64,000 nucleotides of DNA from Macrostomum lignano (Eukaryota), in contig NIVC01003335.1 in NCBI GenBank assembly GCA_002269645.1, positions 39,647-103,646 on the forward strand, given 5' to 3'. The notes under the pieces are model-generated. The model was not told the DNA's origin. It worked only from the letters and a program-made list of their open reading frames with translations, and did not search any database. Below, piece after piece: positions 21,801-41,900 of the stretch. The position numbers and the translations under genes are program-made. Within the stretch, counting starts at the first letter, position 1; every line of letters starts with the position of its first letter.

Positions 21801-24800
21801 TGGCCAATCTGGGCATCAGCTTCGACGAGGAACTCCAGCGGAGGCTGTTCAACACCCTGTTGCTGCTTTCGCTGGACCAGTCTGCCGTCACCGGCACTGC
21901 TGCCAACGTTGACATCAACATCGAAGACGAGGACGGCGACCAGCTGCTGATGCCGGAGGAGAAATTCGGCGTCGATCCGGGAGTGTTCGACGCTTTCTAC
22001 GAAATGTGGAGCAGCCGGGTGCGCGGCCTGCTGGACGTTGATGCGCCCGAGGATGGCGCGGTGAGTCTGTTGCTGACTCCACTGTAACAAGCTTAAGATC
22101 GAATATCAACCTTCCGTTTTTCCACCACCCGCAACTCAGTTCCTGTAGCATCATTCCAGATCCTCAGTTGCTGAGCCAGTCTCCCAGATGCTCAGTTGCT
22201 GGGCCAGCAGATCCTCAGTTGCTGGGCCAGCAGATCCTCAGTTGCTGGGCCAGCAGATCCTCAGTTGCTGGGCCAGCAGATCCTCAGTTGCTGGGCCAGC
22301 AGATCCTCAGTTGCTGGGCCAGCCTCTCAGATCCTCAGTTGCTGGGCCAGCCTCTCAGATCCTCAGTTGCTGGGCCAGCCTCTCAGATCCTCAGTTGCTG
22401 GGCCAGCCTCCCAGATCCTCAGTTGCTGGGCCAGCCTCTCAGATCCTCAGTTGCTGGGCCAGCCTCTCAGATCCTCAGTTGCTGGGCCAGCCTCTCAGAT
22501 CCTCGGTTGCTGGGCCAGCCTCCCACATCCCTAAGCAAAGCTAGTACAGCACTAACTAGCTCATGCCTCCACTATCCAATAATTCAGATCGTCCTCAAAG
22601 CCGGCAGTCTGGTGCACGTGGAGAAGCTGGGCGCCGGTCACCTCATCCTCACCGACAAGAGACTCTACCTGCGCAGTCCGCAAGGCCACAGCGGCTCCCC
22701 CTTTGTATGCCTGGCCAATCTGGACCAGGTGTCCAAAGTTGAACGACCAACTCGGATGCTCTGGCGGCTGGCCTCAGGGTACGCGTCGCTGAGGATAACA
22801 GTGGAGAGCTCCATGCCGGCTGGGCCTGCGGAGAGGTTTGTTTACCCCAGGTTTCTGACTCCCTACAGCTCAGCCCGAGTTGCATTAAACACCTTCCAGG
22901 CCAGTCCCAGTTGTAATAAACCCCCTTAAGGCAATTCCAGTTGCATTAAACACCTTCTAGGTCAATTCCAGTTGCATTAAACACCCACCAGGTCAGTCCC
23001 AGTTGTAATAAACACCCTCTAGGTCAATTCTAGTTGCATTAAACACCCTCTATGTCAATTTCAGTTGCAATAAGCACCCTCTAGGTCAGTCTCAGTTGCA
23101 TTAAACACCTTCCACGCCAGTCCCAGTTGCATTAAACACCCTCTGGGTCAATTCCAGTTGCAATAAACACCCTCTACGTCAGTCCCAGTTGCATTAAACA
23201 CCTTCCACGCCAGTCCCAGTTGCATTAAACACCCTCTGGGTCAATTCCAGTTGCAATAAACACCCTCTACGTCAGTCCCAGTTGCATTAAACACCTTCCA
23301 CGCCAGTCCCAGTTGCATTAAACACCCTCTAGATCAATTCCAGTTGCATTAAACACCCACCGGTCAGTCCCAGTTGTAATGAACCCCCCTCTAGGTCAAT
23401 TCTAGTTGCATTAAACACCCTCCAGGTCAGTCCTAGTTGCATTGAACACCATCCAGGTCAGTCCTGGTTGCATTAAACACCCTCTAGGTCAGTTCCAGTT
23501 GCATTAAACACCCTCTAGGTCAGTCCCAGTTGCAATAAACACCCTCTAGGTCAGTCCCAGTTGCAATAAACACCCTCCAGGTCAGTCCCAGTTGCATCAA
23601 ACACCCTCCAGATCAGTCCCAGTTGCATTAAACACCCTCTAGATCAATTCCAGTTGCATTAAACACCCACCGGTCAGTCCCAGTTGTAATGAACCCCCCT
23701 CTAGGTCAATTCTAGTTGCATTAAACACCATCCAGGTCAGTCCTAGTTGCATTAAACACCATCCAGGTCAGTCCTAGTTGCATTAAACACCCTCCAGGTC
23801 AGTCCCAGTTGCTTTAAACAACCTCCAGGCCAATTCCAGTTGCTTAAAACACCCTTTAGGCCAATTCCAGTTGCATTAAACACCCTCCAGGCCAATTCCA
23901 GTTGCATTAAACACCCTCCAGGCCAATTCCAGTTGCATTAAACACCCTCCAGGCCAATTCCAGTTGCATTAAACACCCTCCAGGCCAATTCCAGTTGCAT
24001 TAAACACCCTCCAGGCCAATTCCAGTTGCATTAAACACCCTCCAGGCCAATTCCAGTTGCATTAAGCGCCCCTGCAACCATTTTCAGCAAGTCACTGGAT
24101 CGTCACCAGTCCGCGCACCAGCACAACAGCAGCCACACCATATGGCTGAAGGGTGATCTGCCGGCATGGTACACTGTGCTAGAAGAATATCTGGCGGCCG
24201 TGAGAGCATATCGCATAGCCAAGGACAGAACCATACTGCACAAGGCTTGCGAGAATGCCCTCATTATTGACACCCTCCTGGCACTGGCTTCAGTGGAGGG
24301 TAGCCAGTTTCACCGGGCTGACAAACAGCTCATGGACTGTTTTCTGTACTTTAGCAAGGGCCGCTACGATTGCAGCCTGCCCGCTAGCACCTACGACAGT
24401 CTGGTTAGCAAGTTTAATCCGGCTTTTGGCGAATCAGAGAAGGTCACCATTGTTGGCCTGTTTCCAATGAGCAATGCTGCTCAGTACAGCTACCCAGAAC
24501 CTATCTATTGCGCATTCAACACCAGCACAATGTCCAAATTGGCTATTGTGGATGTTGAGGCTGGACAAATCGATTGTGTTGTAGCCAGTCCGCCAGGCAG
24601 GATTCACTGCGCGATGCAGGTCTGTGTCTGCTTCTGTGCCTACCGTCTCACCTACCCTGCCTACTGTCTCACCTACCCTGCCTACCGTCTCATCTACCCT
24701 GCCTACTGTCTCACCTACCCTGCCTACCGTCTCATCTACCCTGCCTACTGTCTCATCTACCCTGCCTACCGTCTCACCTACCCTGCCTACTGTCTCACCT

Positions 24801-26841
24801 ACCCTGCCTACCGTCTCATCTACCCTGCCTACTGTCTCACCTACCCTGCCTACCGTCTCATCTACCCTGCCTACTGTCTCACCTACCCTGCCTACCGTCT
24901 CATCTACCCTGCCTACTGTCTCATCTACCCTGTCTACCGTCTCACCTACCCTGCCTACTGTCTCATCTACCCTGCCTACCGTCTCACCTACCCTGCCTAC
25001 CGTCTCACCTACCCTGCCTACCGTCTCATCTACCCTGCCTACTGTCTCATCTACCCTGTCTACCGTCTCACCTACCAGCTGTCTACCGTCTCACCTACCC
25101 TGTCTACTGTCTCACCTACCAGCTTTCTACCGTCTCACCTACCCTGTCTACCGTCTTATCTACCCTGCCTACACCCTGTCTGCCGTCTCACCTACCAGCT
25201 GTCTACCGTCTTATCTACCCTGCTTACCGTCGTCACCTACCGTGTCTATCGTCTTTTCAACCCCGTCTACCGTCTCACCTACCCTGCTTACCGTCTCATC
25301 TACTATCTTATCTACAATTTTAACTTGCCTAGCATTCTGTCTACCGTTTCTTGTACTACCCTGTCTACTGTCTCATCTATTCTGTCTACCATTTCCCCTA
25401 CTACAAATGTTTACTCTAATTTCTGTCTTCTCAGGTGAGCAGCGAGCCGTCGCACTTCTGGTTGGCCACCTACCATCACCAGAGCGGCAGTCAGCTGACT
25501 GTGATCTGCACCGCCCATCGTACTCATTCAACCGAGGAGCGCTTGATAGGTCACCGACATCCGGTGCTGAGCATGGTAGAAGTTAACGATCACTGCTACT
25601 CAATCAGCAGCGGATTCAGCATCGCCGACAAGCAGCCAGCCGAAATTTTAGTCTGGCACACTGCTCAAAGAAAGCTGCTAAGACGAGTAGACTGCGGACC
25701 GGGTGTCAGGCCAGTGTGCTTGAGTCCGATCACCGCTGCCCACCAATGTGCAGGCGGATGCGATATGAGCGAAGTAGTCAAACCGTTGCTGCTGTTCTGC
25801 AGTCGCAGGTTTGGACGATTAGAATTGCTTGCCTAAATACTACTACTTACTAAGTAGATTAAAAGTCCATATATGGCCCAACTCCTAAAAATCTTTAGTC
25901 CTCCAGTCACGCGGCCCTAGACAAAATTTTCTACCCCCTCCAATGTACACCCGCTCTAGCCTAACTGCTCCAATCCTCCAGCCACGCGGCCCTAGGCAAA
26001 TATTCCCCCCCCCAATGTACACCCGCTCTAGCCTAACTGCTCCAATCCTCCAGCCACGCGGCCCTAGGCAAATATTCCCCCCCCCCAATGTACACTCGCT
26101 ATAGCCCAACTGCTCCAATCCTCCAGCCACGCGGCCCTAGACAAATATTTCTACCCCTTAAATGTACATTGCTCTAGTCAAGGCACTACTGATGTGATTC
26201 GTCTACACCTACTACCATTGATTTCCAGAGCAATCTTCAGCCTAAATGCCAGTCACAAGCCTCAACTCTTGGTCAGCTTAGAATCCGGTGGCCATTTTGA
26301 ATGCGATCGATTGTTAGCTTTAACCACTCAAGACCATCGCCTAGTGCTGGTGGCAGCCTCTGATCGAGTTGGTGAACTACGTTTCTACCCTACGGAGCTT
26401 GGCCCTAGCAACAAACCGGCTCTAACAGTTCGAGAGCCGGCTAGCCGACTAAAGCTACAGTGCCCGTCCGAGACTGGCCGCTGTCGAGGCATTGGCTCGC
26501 TGTGCCAGCTAACCGTGCCGGAAGATTCTAAAGACCCTAGCAACAAAGCTTCAGCTAAGAAATCTATGCTGCTAGTTGGCTGCAAAGAGGGCTACATCTT
26601 TCTAGTTGAATTCGGCTTTGGGAAGGCCGACAGCCAGTGTTGCGAGGCCCGACAGCTGCTTTCGCTGCACGGCCACGCCGACGTTGTGGAGTGTCTGACC
26701 GCGCCGCCATCGCCTGGTCGGTGGTTTCTGAGCGCCGCTCGCAGTCACGATGGCTACATCGCAGTGTGGGACTCGAGGACGACGGCGAGGATTGCTAGCC
26801 TAGCGGGACCGGACGAGACAAAGGGGAAGAAGAAACAATAG
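15204..26841 (+). CDS. DENND3: DENN-domain Rab GEF with C-terminal PH/GRAM-like and WD40-like regions (DENND3-like); exons 15204-15394, 15967-16138, 16586-17023, 17905-18150, 19427-20037, 20308-20886, 21367-22060, 22588-22835, 24088-24619, 25435-25808, 26229-26841
   Basis: uDENN (LLEVLVVVG, GLPDLCYPEG, HVLTHISGDRLYA), cDENN (ILVSKLPYFSVLK, LGAPQPFFFGCHS), dDENN (FLQLMVELFG) and WD-like LHGHADVVECL...IAVWD. The exons join in frame to 4698 nt (1565 aa + stop). Confidence 0.82.
15489..15797 (+). mobile_element. tRNA-derived SINE family 1, full length
   Basis: A box tagcctagtgg, B box ggttcgattc, CORE-like body, (att)n-type tail. Near-identical to other copies. Confidence 0.9.
16200..16480 (+). 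mobile_element. SINE family 2 fragment
   Basis: Shares ccccaaggc...gtgtacatgcc...ggccgctgtacac with the copy at 39151-39514. Confidence 0.65.
17145..17868. repeat. 17-19-bp minisatellite (gtcttgaattggtca[gt/ccgt]) in DENND3 intron 3
   Basis: Tandem periodicity. Confidence 0.95.
18700..18928. repeat. (ACT/ACC)n trinucleotide tract
   Basis: Direct; it produces the spurious poly-T/poly-V ORFs. Confidence 0.95.
20085..20250 (+). mobile_element. SINE family 2 fragment
   Basis: Same hairpin motif; its 3' part is shared with the copy at ~54845-54880. Confidence 0.65.
20903..21332. repeat. ~16-bp minisatellite (agctacaccatctcag) in DENND3 intron 6
   Basis: Tandem periodicity. Confidence 0.95.
22157..22525. 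repeat. Minisatellite (cagatcctcagttgctgggccag[cctc]) in DENND3 intron 7
   Basis: Tandem periodicity; same family as 61607-62110. Confidence 0.95.
22885..24065. repeat. ~31-bp minisatellite (ccagttgcattaaacaccctccaggtcagtc) in DENND3 intron 8
   Basis: Tandem periodicity. Confidence 0.95.
24636..25400. repeat. 21-bp minisatellite (ctaccgtctcacctaccctgc) in DENND3 intron 9
   Basis: Tandem periodicity. Confidence 0.95.
25905..26160. repeat. ~63-bp tandem repeat in DENND3 intron 10
   Basis: About four units containing ctcca(atcctcca)gccacgcggccctag. Confidence 0.85.
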
Positions 26842-26924
26842 GGAAGAAACAAACTTCCAACTACCATTGAACACTACAAGTTTTGAAAGCGTATTTAATG
26901 AATTTGATCCGAAATTCTAGTGAA

Positions 26925-27237
26925 GGGGATTGTAGCCTAGTGGTTAGAGCGTCGGACTCACGACTAAAAGGTCGGGGGTTCGATTCTCGACCCCACTCGG
27001 AACAATTTGTGTCCTCTGAGCAAGACGCTTGACTCTACATTGCTTCAGTTCACTCAGCTGTAAAATGGGTGCCAGCATTAGCTGGGGTAATTGAGGCTGT
27101 GTTTGTGGCAACCCCCAAGTCCTTGGACTGAACAGCCGTACGCAGCCTTCAGATGGGCCGCGCAATAGCTGCGGCTGAGCTGTCGGTTGCACATCTGCCG
27201 CAATTAGAGCAGGTGTAATCAATGATTATTATTTATT
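26925..27237 (+). mobile_element. tRNA-derived SINE family 1, full length
   Basis: Same head, body and tail as the 15489 copy. Confidence 0.9.
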
Positions 27238-27853
27238 GGTTAAAAAACACTGCGCTGTTCTACTCTACTATTTCTAATGACAAAGCGACTAGTAAGACAC
27301 TCTGTTGCCCAATGAAACCTGGGCGAGCCATTACATGTATGTTGCTTTTTTGCGCCAGATGAGTCATTCCAGAAATTTTTAAACGAACTTTTAATTTTGT
27401 GTCTATTTAGATGATTTTTTACAAAGAAACCTTCAAGTGCAATCGAATTTTTTATGGTTGTTACACTGATTTTTACTGTACTCGTAATAGTGCATAATCA
27501 GTTTTTGATTTCTTAGTTGGTTCCTGCAATTTATTGTTGATTTTTTAAGTATATGGTTTCAATCTTTTTTTAACTTCGACTTGACAAATATACAATATAT
27601 TGGTGCTAGAATTGCGCTTATGACAAAGTCAGTTTTTGATAATAAATTAAATTTGATTATTTGTGTTTAGTTTAGTTCTTAGTTTCAGCATTAACAAACT
27701 ATTTCCTTTGTTTAAATAACTTCTAGAAGGATTCAGATTCGTCTATGGCACAATCCCAATTATCGGCATGCAAAAAGTGAATCTCTCTCTCGTAACACGT
27801 TACTTAAACATGGAATGACCCAGTCAGTCATACTACTTATATGCTACGCATAG

Positions 27854-36088
<8,235 letters not shown>

Positions 36089-36453
36089 GGAAGCGCGTGC
36101 ATTTAATTATTATTCTAAATCTAAACTTATAGCTCCGGTTAATCCTGAAGTATAGACAAATGACTGCTGCGGAGACTGGTCTGCGCTCGTCTTTGATTGG
36201 TCGGCCGGGTCGCACAAGTTTGTGTCCGTTGCCCGTTCCAGCCCTGTACGTCCCAGTCGCTAACTCGCAGGATAGTCAATTGACAGTTGACCGAGGGCTT
36301 CCTTTATACTGGTGGCTTTATTCGGGAAACGGAAGCACTTGTCGTAGGCACACATGCTATTCGGTTTACTATGTACTTTATAAGAGGCCCCAATAAATCT
36401 CTAATGATGCCTGACGAGCACAGAAGTTCACGCACGGAGTCTCTGGACGACTC

Positions 36454-36663
36454 CTACTGAACTATTATTAACCAAATTATAAACCAAGCATGCATCCTGT
36501 ACAAGCCATGTATGTTGATCGACGTGCTTTTACATAACCTTGACGTTCGGCCTATGTAGAAGGTCTCTCCAACCAAATTACCATGTACAACGTCGTCCAT
36601 CGACGGTATATCGATGTCCGGATACGTCGACCGAGGTGTTTGAATCGAGATTGATTTGACCAA
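36454..36663 (-). mobile_element. Possible degenerate GIY-YIG endonuclease relic (Penelope-like retroelement)
   Basis: DDVVH...GETFYIGRTSRL followed, in a shifted frame, by HVDQH resembles the Penelope NVVY...YIGxTxRxLxxRxxEH pattern. Confidence 0.35.
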
Positions 36664-38139
36664 TAAAAATTCGGAAAGAAATTTTATGAAAATCGGTAGA
36701 ACGGACTTAAGAAAAATAAGCTCTTTGCAGATCTGGAATGGATTTTACTCGTATCATAGACAAGAGTCAGTCAAGAAAACTCTGCGCTGGAAAAGTACAC
36801 TAAAGAGATATCAGCAACTGAAATTTCCCTGAAACTTTGCTTGGTTGGTTTGTTTGCTAGGTGCTTGCACTGGGTTGCTGATGAGAAAGTCAACACTGAT
36901 GTTCACCCATATGATCTAGGAGTGTTTGTTTTATGTTCATAGCCTCCTGTGCTGTCTGAAGTCCACTGACGCCAACAGCACCCCAGCAAACTAGCTTGTA
37001 TGTAGCTCGATATGTAAATCACTCTCTTGAAATGAGCCGTTGCTCAGAAATGACATTTTCGCCTATATTTATCGATGTCTGCTAACCAGAATTCATGCCT
37101 ATTGCAGTTCTCTGAAATAGATCTAGACCCAGAAACACACGACATTCAATTCCTCTAGCCCTTACAAGAATAAGAGCTGCTTGTACTTCGTAAAAAGTTG
37201 TGTTGAACAAGGTCTCAAGAATCGTTCACTAAAGTTTCTCACTCAAGGATCGCTTGTCTAACGCTGGAAACCTGGACAGGGTCCAACAAGGACTTAACCT
37301 TATAGCCTTTGTAGCCTTATGCTGCTATTCAATATACTCTTTTCCCAAATCACTAGCTCAAATTCCCAAATTCAGACTGGGGCAACGCTTACGGAAAATC
37401 AATAAAAACAGACCCCAGTTCACAACATTCTGCCACCGAAACAAGGTTTAGCCATAGAAAAAATTTTCCCCAGTCTGAATTGACTGAGTTGAATTTCCGC
37501 TAGTTTTTTAGAACTGGACTTTGATCAAAATTGAATGTTAAAGGTGTAATACTAAGTTATAGTAACATTTATTTGAAATAGGAGTTTCATTACAGACGAT
37601 AAGGAGAAATCTTTCATCAAACGACAATATGGTCTAGCTCACGGTGTGATTCCAATGGAAATGACTCAAAAGTTACAGCTATAGTTTTAGTAAAAATATT
37701 ATTTCTTTTCTTTGCTGTTCCCCCAATGGGGGCAAAGACCGCTAGTCCAACTGACTATGAAGCAATATCATCGATAGCATCGGTTCACTCGTTTTTGAGC
37801 ATAGGAATTCTGTTATAATTAAAAATAAACACTGCAGCAAACTTTGCCTTAAGCATCAACTGTTTGCTAAGTTGGCGAGCATTCATTTCGCTACTTAATG
37901 TCCTTATAGGAGGGAGTGCATGGCAATTAAAACCATCTTCCCATTAGAAAGCGAGGCAACTATATTCACAGCAGAACTTGCATTTTGCATTGAGAATGGG
38001 TTAGAAATGCGTTGTCAACTCATTGGAAAATAAGAGGCATTCGAAATTTCCAGCAAGAAAATTTTCCTATAAAACCTCGTTGGCGTACCAGCTGTTTTTA
38101 TCCATTGTCTGCAGTTGCTGCAGCTCTGACTGCTGAATC

Positions 38140-38889
38140 ATGCGGAGCGGCATCATCAGAGTTCGCCTCCAGCTGCTCATGCTGCCACTCCTTCTGTGGC
38201 ACAGCGCGTCAGGAAGTTTTTACCATCGAAGGCACGGATTTCTCTGCATCCGGCCCGAGTACCAGACTACGGTGTCGGGCGTCACGTCCGACATCCTGTG
38301 CGCGGATTTGTGCAACAATGACCAGCGCTGTCAGGCCTTCAGCCTGGCTGACGGCCCTTGCCAGCTGTTCGTGTTCGACAAGTGCAGCAAGTCGGTGAGG
38401 GACTGCGGCTGCTCCAGGAGAGGCCGGGTGTTCGTGAAGCAGCAGCCGGGACTCGAGCCGGGCGCGCTGTGTCCGTCAGGCTTCGCCATGGACCTGTGCG
38501 GAGTGAAGTACAAGGCCTTGCTGACACGTGCACCTTGGACTACTCAGAGGCAGGCTTGCGAGTCGACCAACGGCTTGGTGATCATGGCTGACGTGACCAG
38601 CAGCGCTGAGATGTCGCATATCGGACAGCTTTACGTTAACAACTTCACTGGTGGCCAGTCGATGTGGCTTAACGGCCTTCAGGCTCCCGGGAGTGTTAAG
38701 CCCGACGGAGGCTGGAGCTGGGTCACCTGCAACATCACAATGGATGCTAGCTTCTGGGCCAGTGGCGAGCCTGACAATGGAGGCGAAAACGGAACCGAAG
38801 ACGTTATTTTTGCGAGCACGAAGTTGCGTGACAGCAAAGAGGGAGCCACCCTTGCTGGTCTGTGCGAGTGCCCGTCACCGTTTGATTGA
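38140..38889 (+). CDS. Secreted PAN/Apple + C-type lectin domain protein, single exon, 249 aa
   Basis: Signal peptide; CADLCNNDQRCQAF...CQLF (PAN); CPSGF...W...C...WLNG...WSW...FWASGEPDN...CEC (CTLD). Confidence 0.8.
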   Translation: MRSGIIRVRLQLLMLPLLLWHSASGSFYHRRHGFLCIRPEYQTTVSGVTSDILCADLCNNDQRCQAFSLADGPCQLFVFDKCSKSVRDCGCSRRGRVFVKQQPGLEPGALCPSGFAMDLCGVKYKALLTRAPWTTQRQACESTNGLVIMADVTSSAEMSHIGQLYVNNFTGGQSMWLNGLQAPGSVKPDGGWSWVTCNITMDASFWASGEPDNGGENGTEDVIFASTKLRDSKEGATLAGLCECPSPFD

Positions 38890-39150
38890 CAATGCAATGA
38901 TTAATAAGTTGCGATGTCTTGGTTTTTGGTTTACTAAAACCTACTGATAAAATTAATTAATACTTATTCGTTCCTTTATTACTTCGTCTAGACATCGTCT
39001 GACCCACTAAGTTAATAAGTTCAAGAATAAAAGTTAAAGAAAAAAGTTTAATTTTCGTTCCAACTGCAAACAAAGCATATAGGACTGGTGCTTATTTTTT
39101 CAACATTGTTTGTTGACCTGTGTGTAAATGTGAAGAAATCTTAGTATAAA

Positions 39151-39514
39151 GGGGATGTAGCCCAGTGGTCTAGCGGGGCGCTCTGATGTGCCAGTGGCCC
39201 AGGCTCGATTCCAAGTGCAGTCCCATTAATTTGGGGGGGGGGCTAAATTGGAATCTCGGCTTGGCTCTGCTCGTGCAATTAACGCCCTTGAGAGCCAACC
39301 CCTAAGGCACAGTGAAGTGTACATGCCTAACGATAAATAAAGTTAGGGCCGCTGTACACTCCTGTGTGAGTGTGTGCCTGTGCGTATGACTGCGTACGTA
39401 TCCACGCGCTTGTGTGCCTGCTCAGGGAGTCGGCAGAATGAGCAGTAATGCCTCTCGCCGGTTGTGTGACAATGTCGCTTTAAGTGCGCCGGGGTGCACG
39501 CGGCCCCCTGTCTC
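39151..39514 (+). mobile_element. tRNA-derived SINE family 2, apparently full length
   Basis: Head ggggatgtagcccagtgg...ggctcgattcc...gtccca with A/B boxes; tataaa flanks both ends (39145-39150, 39515-39520). Body segments recur at ~4405-4530, 16200-16480, 20085-20250 and 54640-54900. Confidence 0.75.
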
Positions 39515-41324
39515 TTATAAAAATGTGTGATACAGCATAAAACATTTTCCAGTCACTCGTCAGAAGCCACTAGACAATCAAACACCTCAACACCAGACAC
39601 ATCATACCTCATAACTGTATTCGTAAAGAGAGAGAGAGATACGAGTAATTGCGTGTAGTGTCTAAACGCACGAACTTCCACTTCGAGACCGTGAGTCTGG
39701 TAACAAAATCGAGTGTTCACTTACTGTCATGGGCTCCTCTGCTTGTCCTTGCAACGCGCGGGGTTCTCTTCTTGAAGTCTGAAGATTTCTTTTTTCCGGG
39801 TTGATTGGTTGTTTACGATATTCAGGGTAAACCTGGTTTATCTTTGCGTTATAAACAGTAACATAATTCAAGGTTTTATTTCTACGAGCGATTTTCCGTT
39901 TGCGTTACGAGCTACTCTACTTACAGTAGCATTTTGTAACTTAGTGATGCTCTACGAGCTAAACGCATATGCTATAGACTAAATCTACATGACAATGATC
40001 ACGAGTAATTGTAGCCCATTAATAGCGAGGCCAGTAACGTCTGTGTTAGACAGTGCCTCGAAAGCAAAAACTTATTTTAAGAAGCATACCGTAAGTTTAA
40101 GAGAATCGGTTTGTATTATTCTGGGTAGCAGAAATGTTTGTATGCAGTTGCGGAAGCGTTCGCTAAAGCACGCCGCTGCACATTCCCGTGAACCCGGGGG
40201 TATCATGCCAGTACTTTCTTCCACTGTTCAGCAGCATTCCAAATGATAGTCTTTTGTACTGGGTGGGCTTCAAGCTTTCTTCCCAAACTTTATCCCCATC
40301 GGCTGGGAACACCGGGGGCAGGGAAAGTGGCACGTGACGTGTGCTGTACTTGAACTTTTCGCTAAACGAATAGCTGAATTCGAATCTACCTTGATCGTGG
40401 CTTAGACGAGGATATTATGGGATAACTTGGGAAATCATCGAGATGACTTAAACGCTCTCATCGCGCAGCAGATATACAGGCAAAGATATTCGTCGAGCGG
40501 CTTCAGTCTCACCAGCATTCACAATGGCGTCTTTGCGTGCACCGCCGGCCAGATTCGACACAGAGTGCAACCAGCGACGTCGCAGCCAGTCCTGGAGCGG
40601 ATCGCGTCGCTGTCTGGGGCCTCTGGAGCGTGGCCTCTGCTGCGACTCCCGACGAGAGCTGTACCAGCTGAACAGGCTCGCCAGACGGCACATCATGCTG
40701 AGAATTGAGCGAGAAATTCCCTCCAATGCGGAGCAGCGACGTCGGGAAGTTGAAGCGCAGCTTGTCCAGCAACACGGTCAGTTGCTAGGCAACAGAGAAA
40801 ATGCTATAGAGACGGTTGCCAGACTGCAGCGCGAGATGGACCAGATCCGACTGCTCATGCGACTGGCTGAGTGGGCTCACGGGCCGGGGAATTGCAACCC
40901 TCTCCGCCGCGGCTGGGACTGACAGCCTATGGAATATGGAAAGCTCACTTTAAATACATGTCGATGATTACACGCAGTAAATCTCAATGGAAATGTACTA
41001 ACTAGATGCAATGCAATTCCTAAATATCATTTTCTGGCCATATTTCAAAACATGTCTATACTTCCGGGCAAATACATACGTCATTGAAATTGATTTTTAA
41101 AGATTATAATCTTAATTAAAAAGATTTAGAACTTTGTGCCCATTTTTAATAGCAAAATAATTTTCAGGCCTCGCATTGAACGACACAGGACGCTATGCAA
41201 ATGTGGAAAAATGTACATGAGCATTTTAAGAACGTTAAAAAAGTTGTTTGGCCAGTAGACTTTCTTTGATGAAATAATTATAAGAAGAATAGTAAATATA
41301 TACATAAAAGATCATTAATTTTAT

Positions 41325-41900
41325 ACACTGTTCGGCAAACGCATCTTGGACGTGCTCAAGAATCCTCCGGCAGATGAAGAATACAGCAGGTTGAAGGAGC
41401 GGCTCGTCGTAGCCTACGGCCTCACCCGACAGCAGCGGGCCAGTCGCCTTCTCAACACATGACCGGGCTCGGCGACAGACAACCGAACGAGAGCTAAATA
41501 ATGGATGAGATGCTCGCCCTGCTGGGGAATCACCGAACCTGCATGCTGTTTGGGGAGCTTCTCCACGAGCAGTTGCTACCTGACGTGCGATGCGGATTTC
41601 AGTGATCCAACAACGCGGCTGCGAAACGGGCCAAAAACCTAAGTGGTCCAGTCGACTGCCTCCGTCCATCAGTTGACGTCAGAGACGACCTAGCAACACT
41701 CGATGACAGAGCGGGTGTCGGCGGCAAACAGAGGTAGCAGCCACCCCAGCAACCAGAGCCTGTCCTAGCCTGATGAGGGCCGCTACCGTTTTCACTGCCA
41801 GTTCGGCGCGAAGGCTTACCGCTGATCGGCAACTGATTTTCTGCGGCACCGCAGCCTGCTGGTGGATCTGCCGAATCTCCTGGACGTCCACTCGCTTGCC
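41325..41900 (+). mobile_element. Degenerate LTR-retrotransposon Gag-like relic
   Basis: ILDVLKNPPADEEYSRLKERLVVAYGLTRQQRASRLL...GLGDRQP...MDEMLALLG...FGELLHEQLLPDVR matches the PP..Y..LK..L / LGD..P Gag-like pattern; broken by frameshifts and stops. Confidence 0.7.

Noticed and set aside
17145-24065. Regular repeat arrays considered as CRISPR-like
   Set aside because: Units are head-to-tail with no unique spacers, there are no cas genes, and the context is eukaryotic introns
24176-25586. Long ORFs with repetitive peptides (AYRLTYP, LPSHLPC, TVSPTLP) and similar ones at 30249-31628, 33674-34144, 34886-35543, 51953-52670, 54960-55770, 59409-59962, 61785-62032, 62507-62839
   Set aside because: These are stop-free frames through intronic tandem repeats, lying between canonical GT-AG sites of the host genes; they are not proteins
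36398-36450. ctgacgag / ctaatga motifs as a possible hammerhead next to the GIY-YIG relic (also CTGANGA at ~39560, 41771, 43576)
   Set aside because: No stem II followed by GAAA and no stem III/UH could be assembled
39440-39510. Twister- or HDV-like appearance of the SINE-2 3' end (UAA...CCGG/CCGG, gcagaatg)
   Set aside because: Pseudoknot pairings and conserved loop residues could not be fitted, and they are not preserved in the 4460-4530 copy
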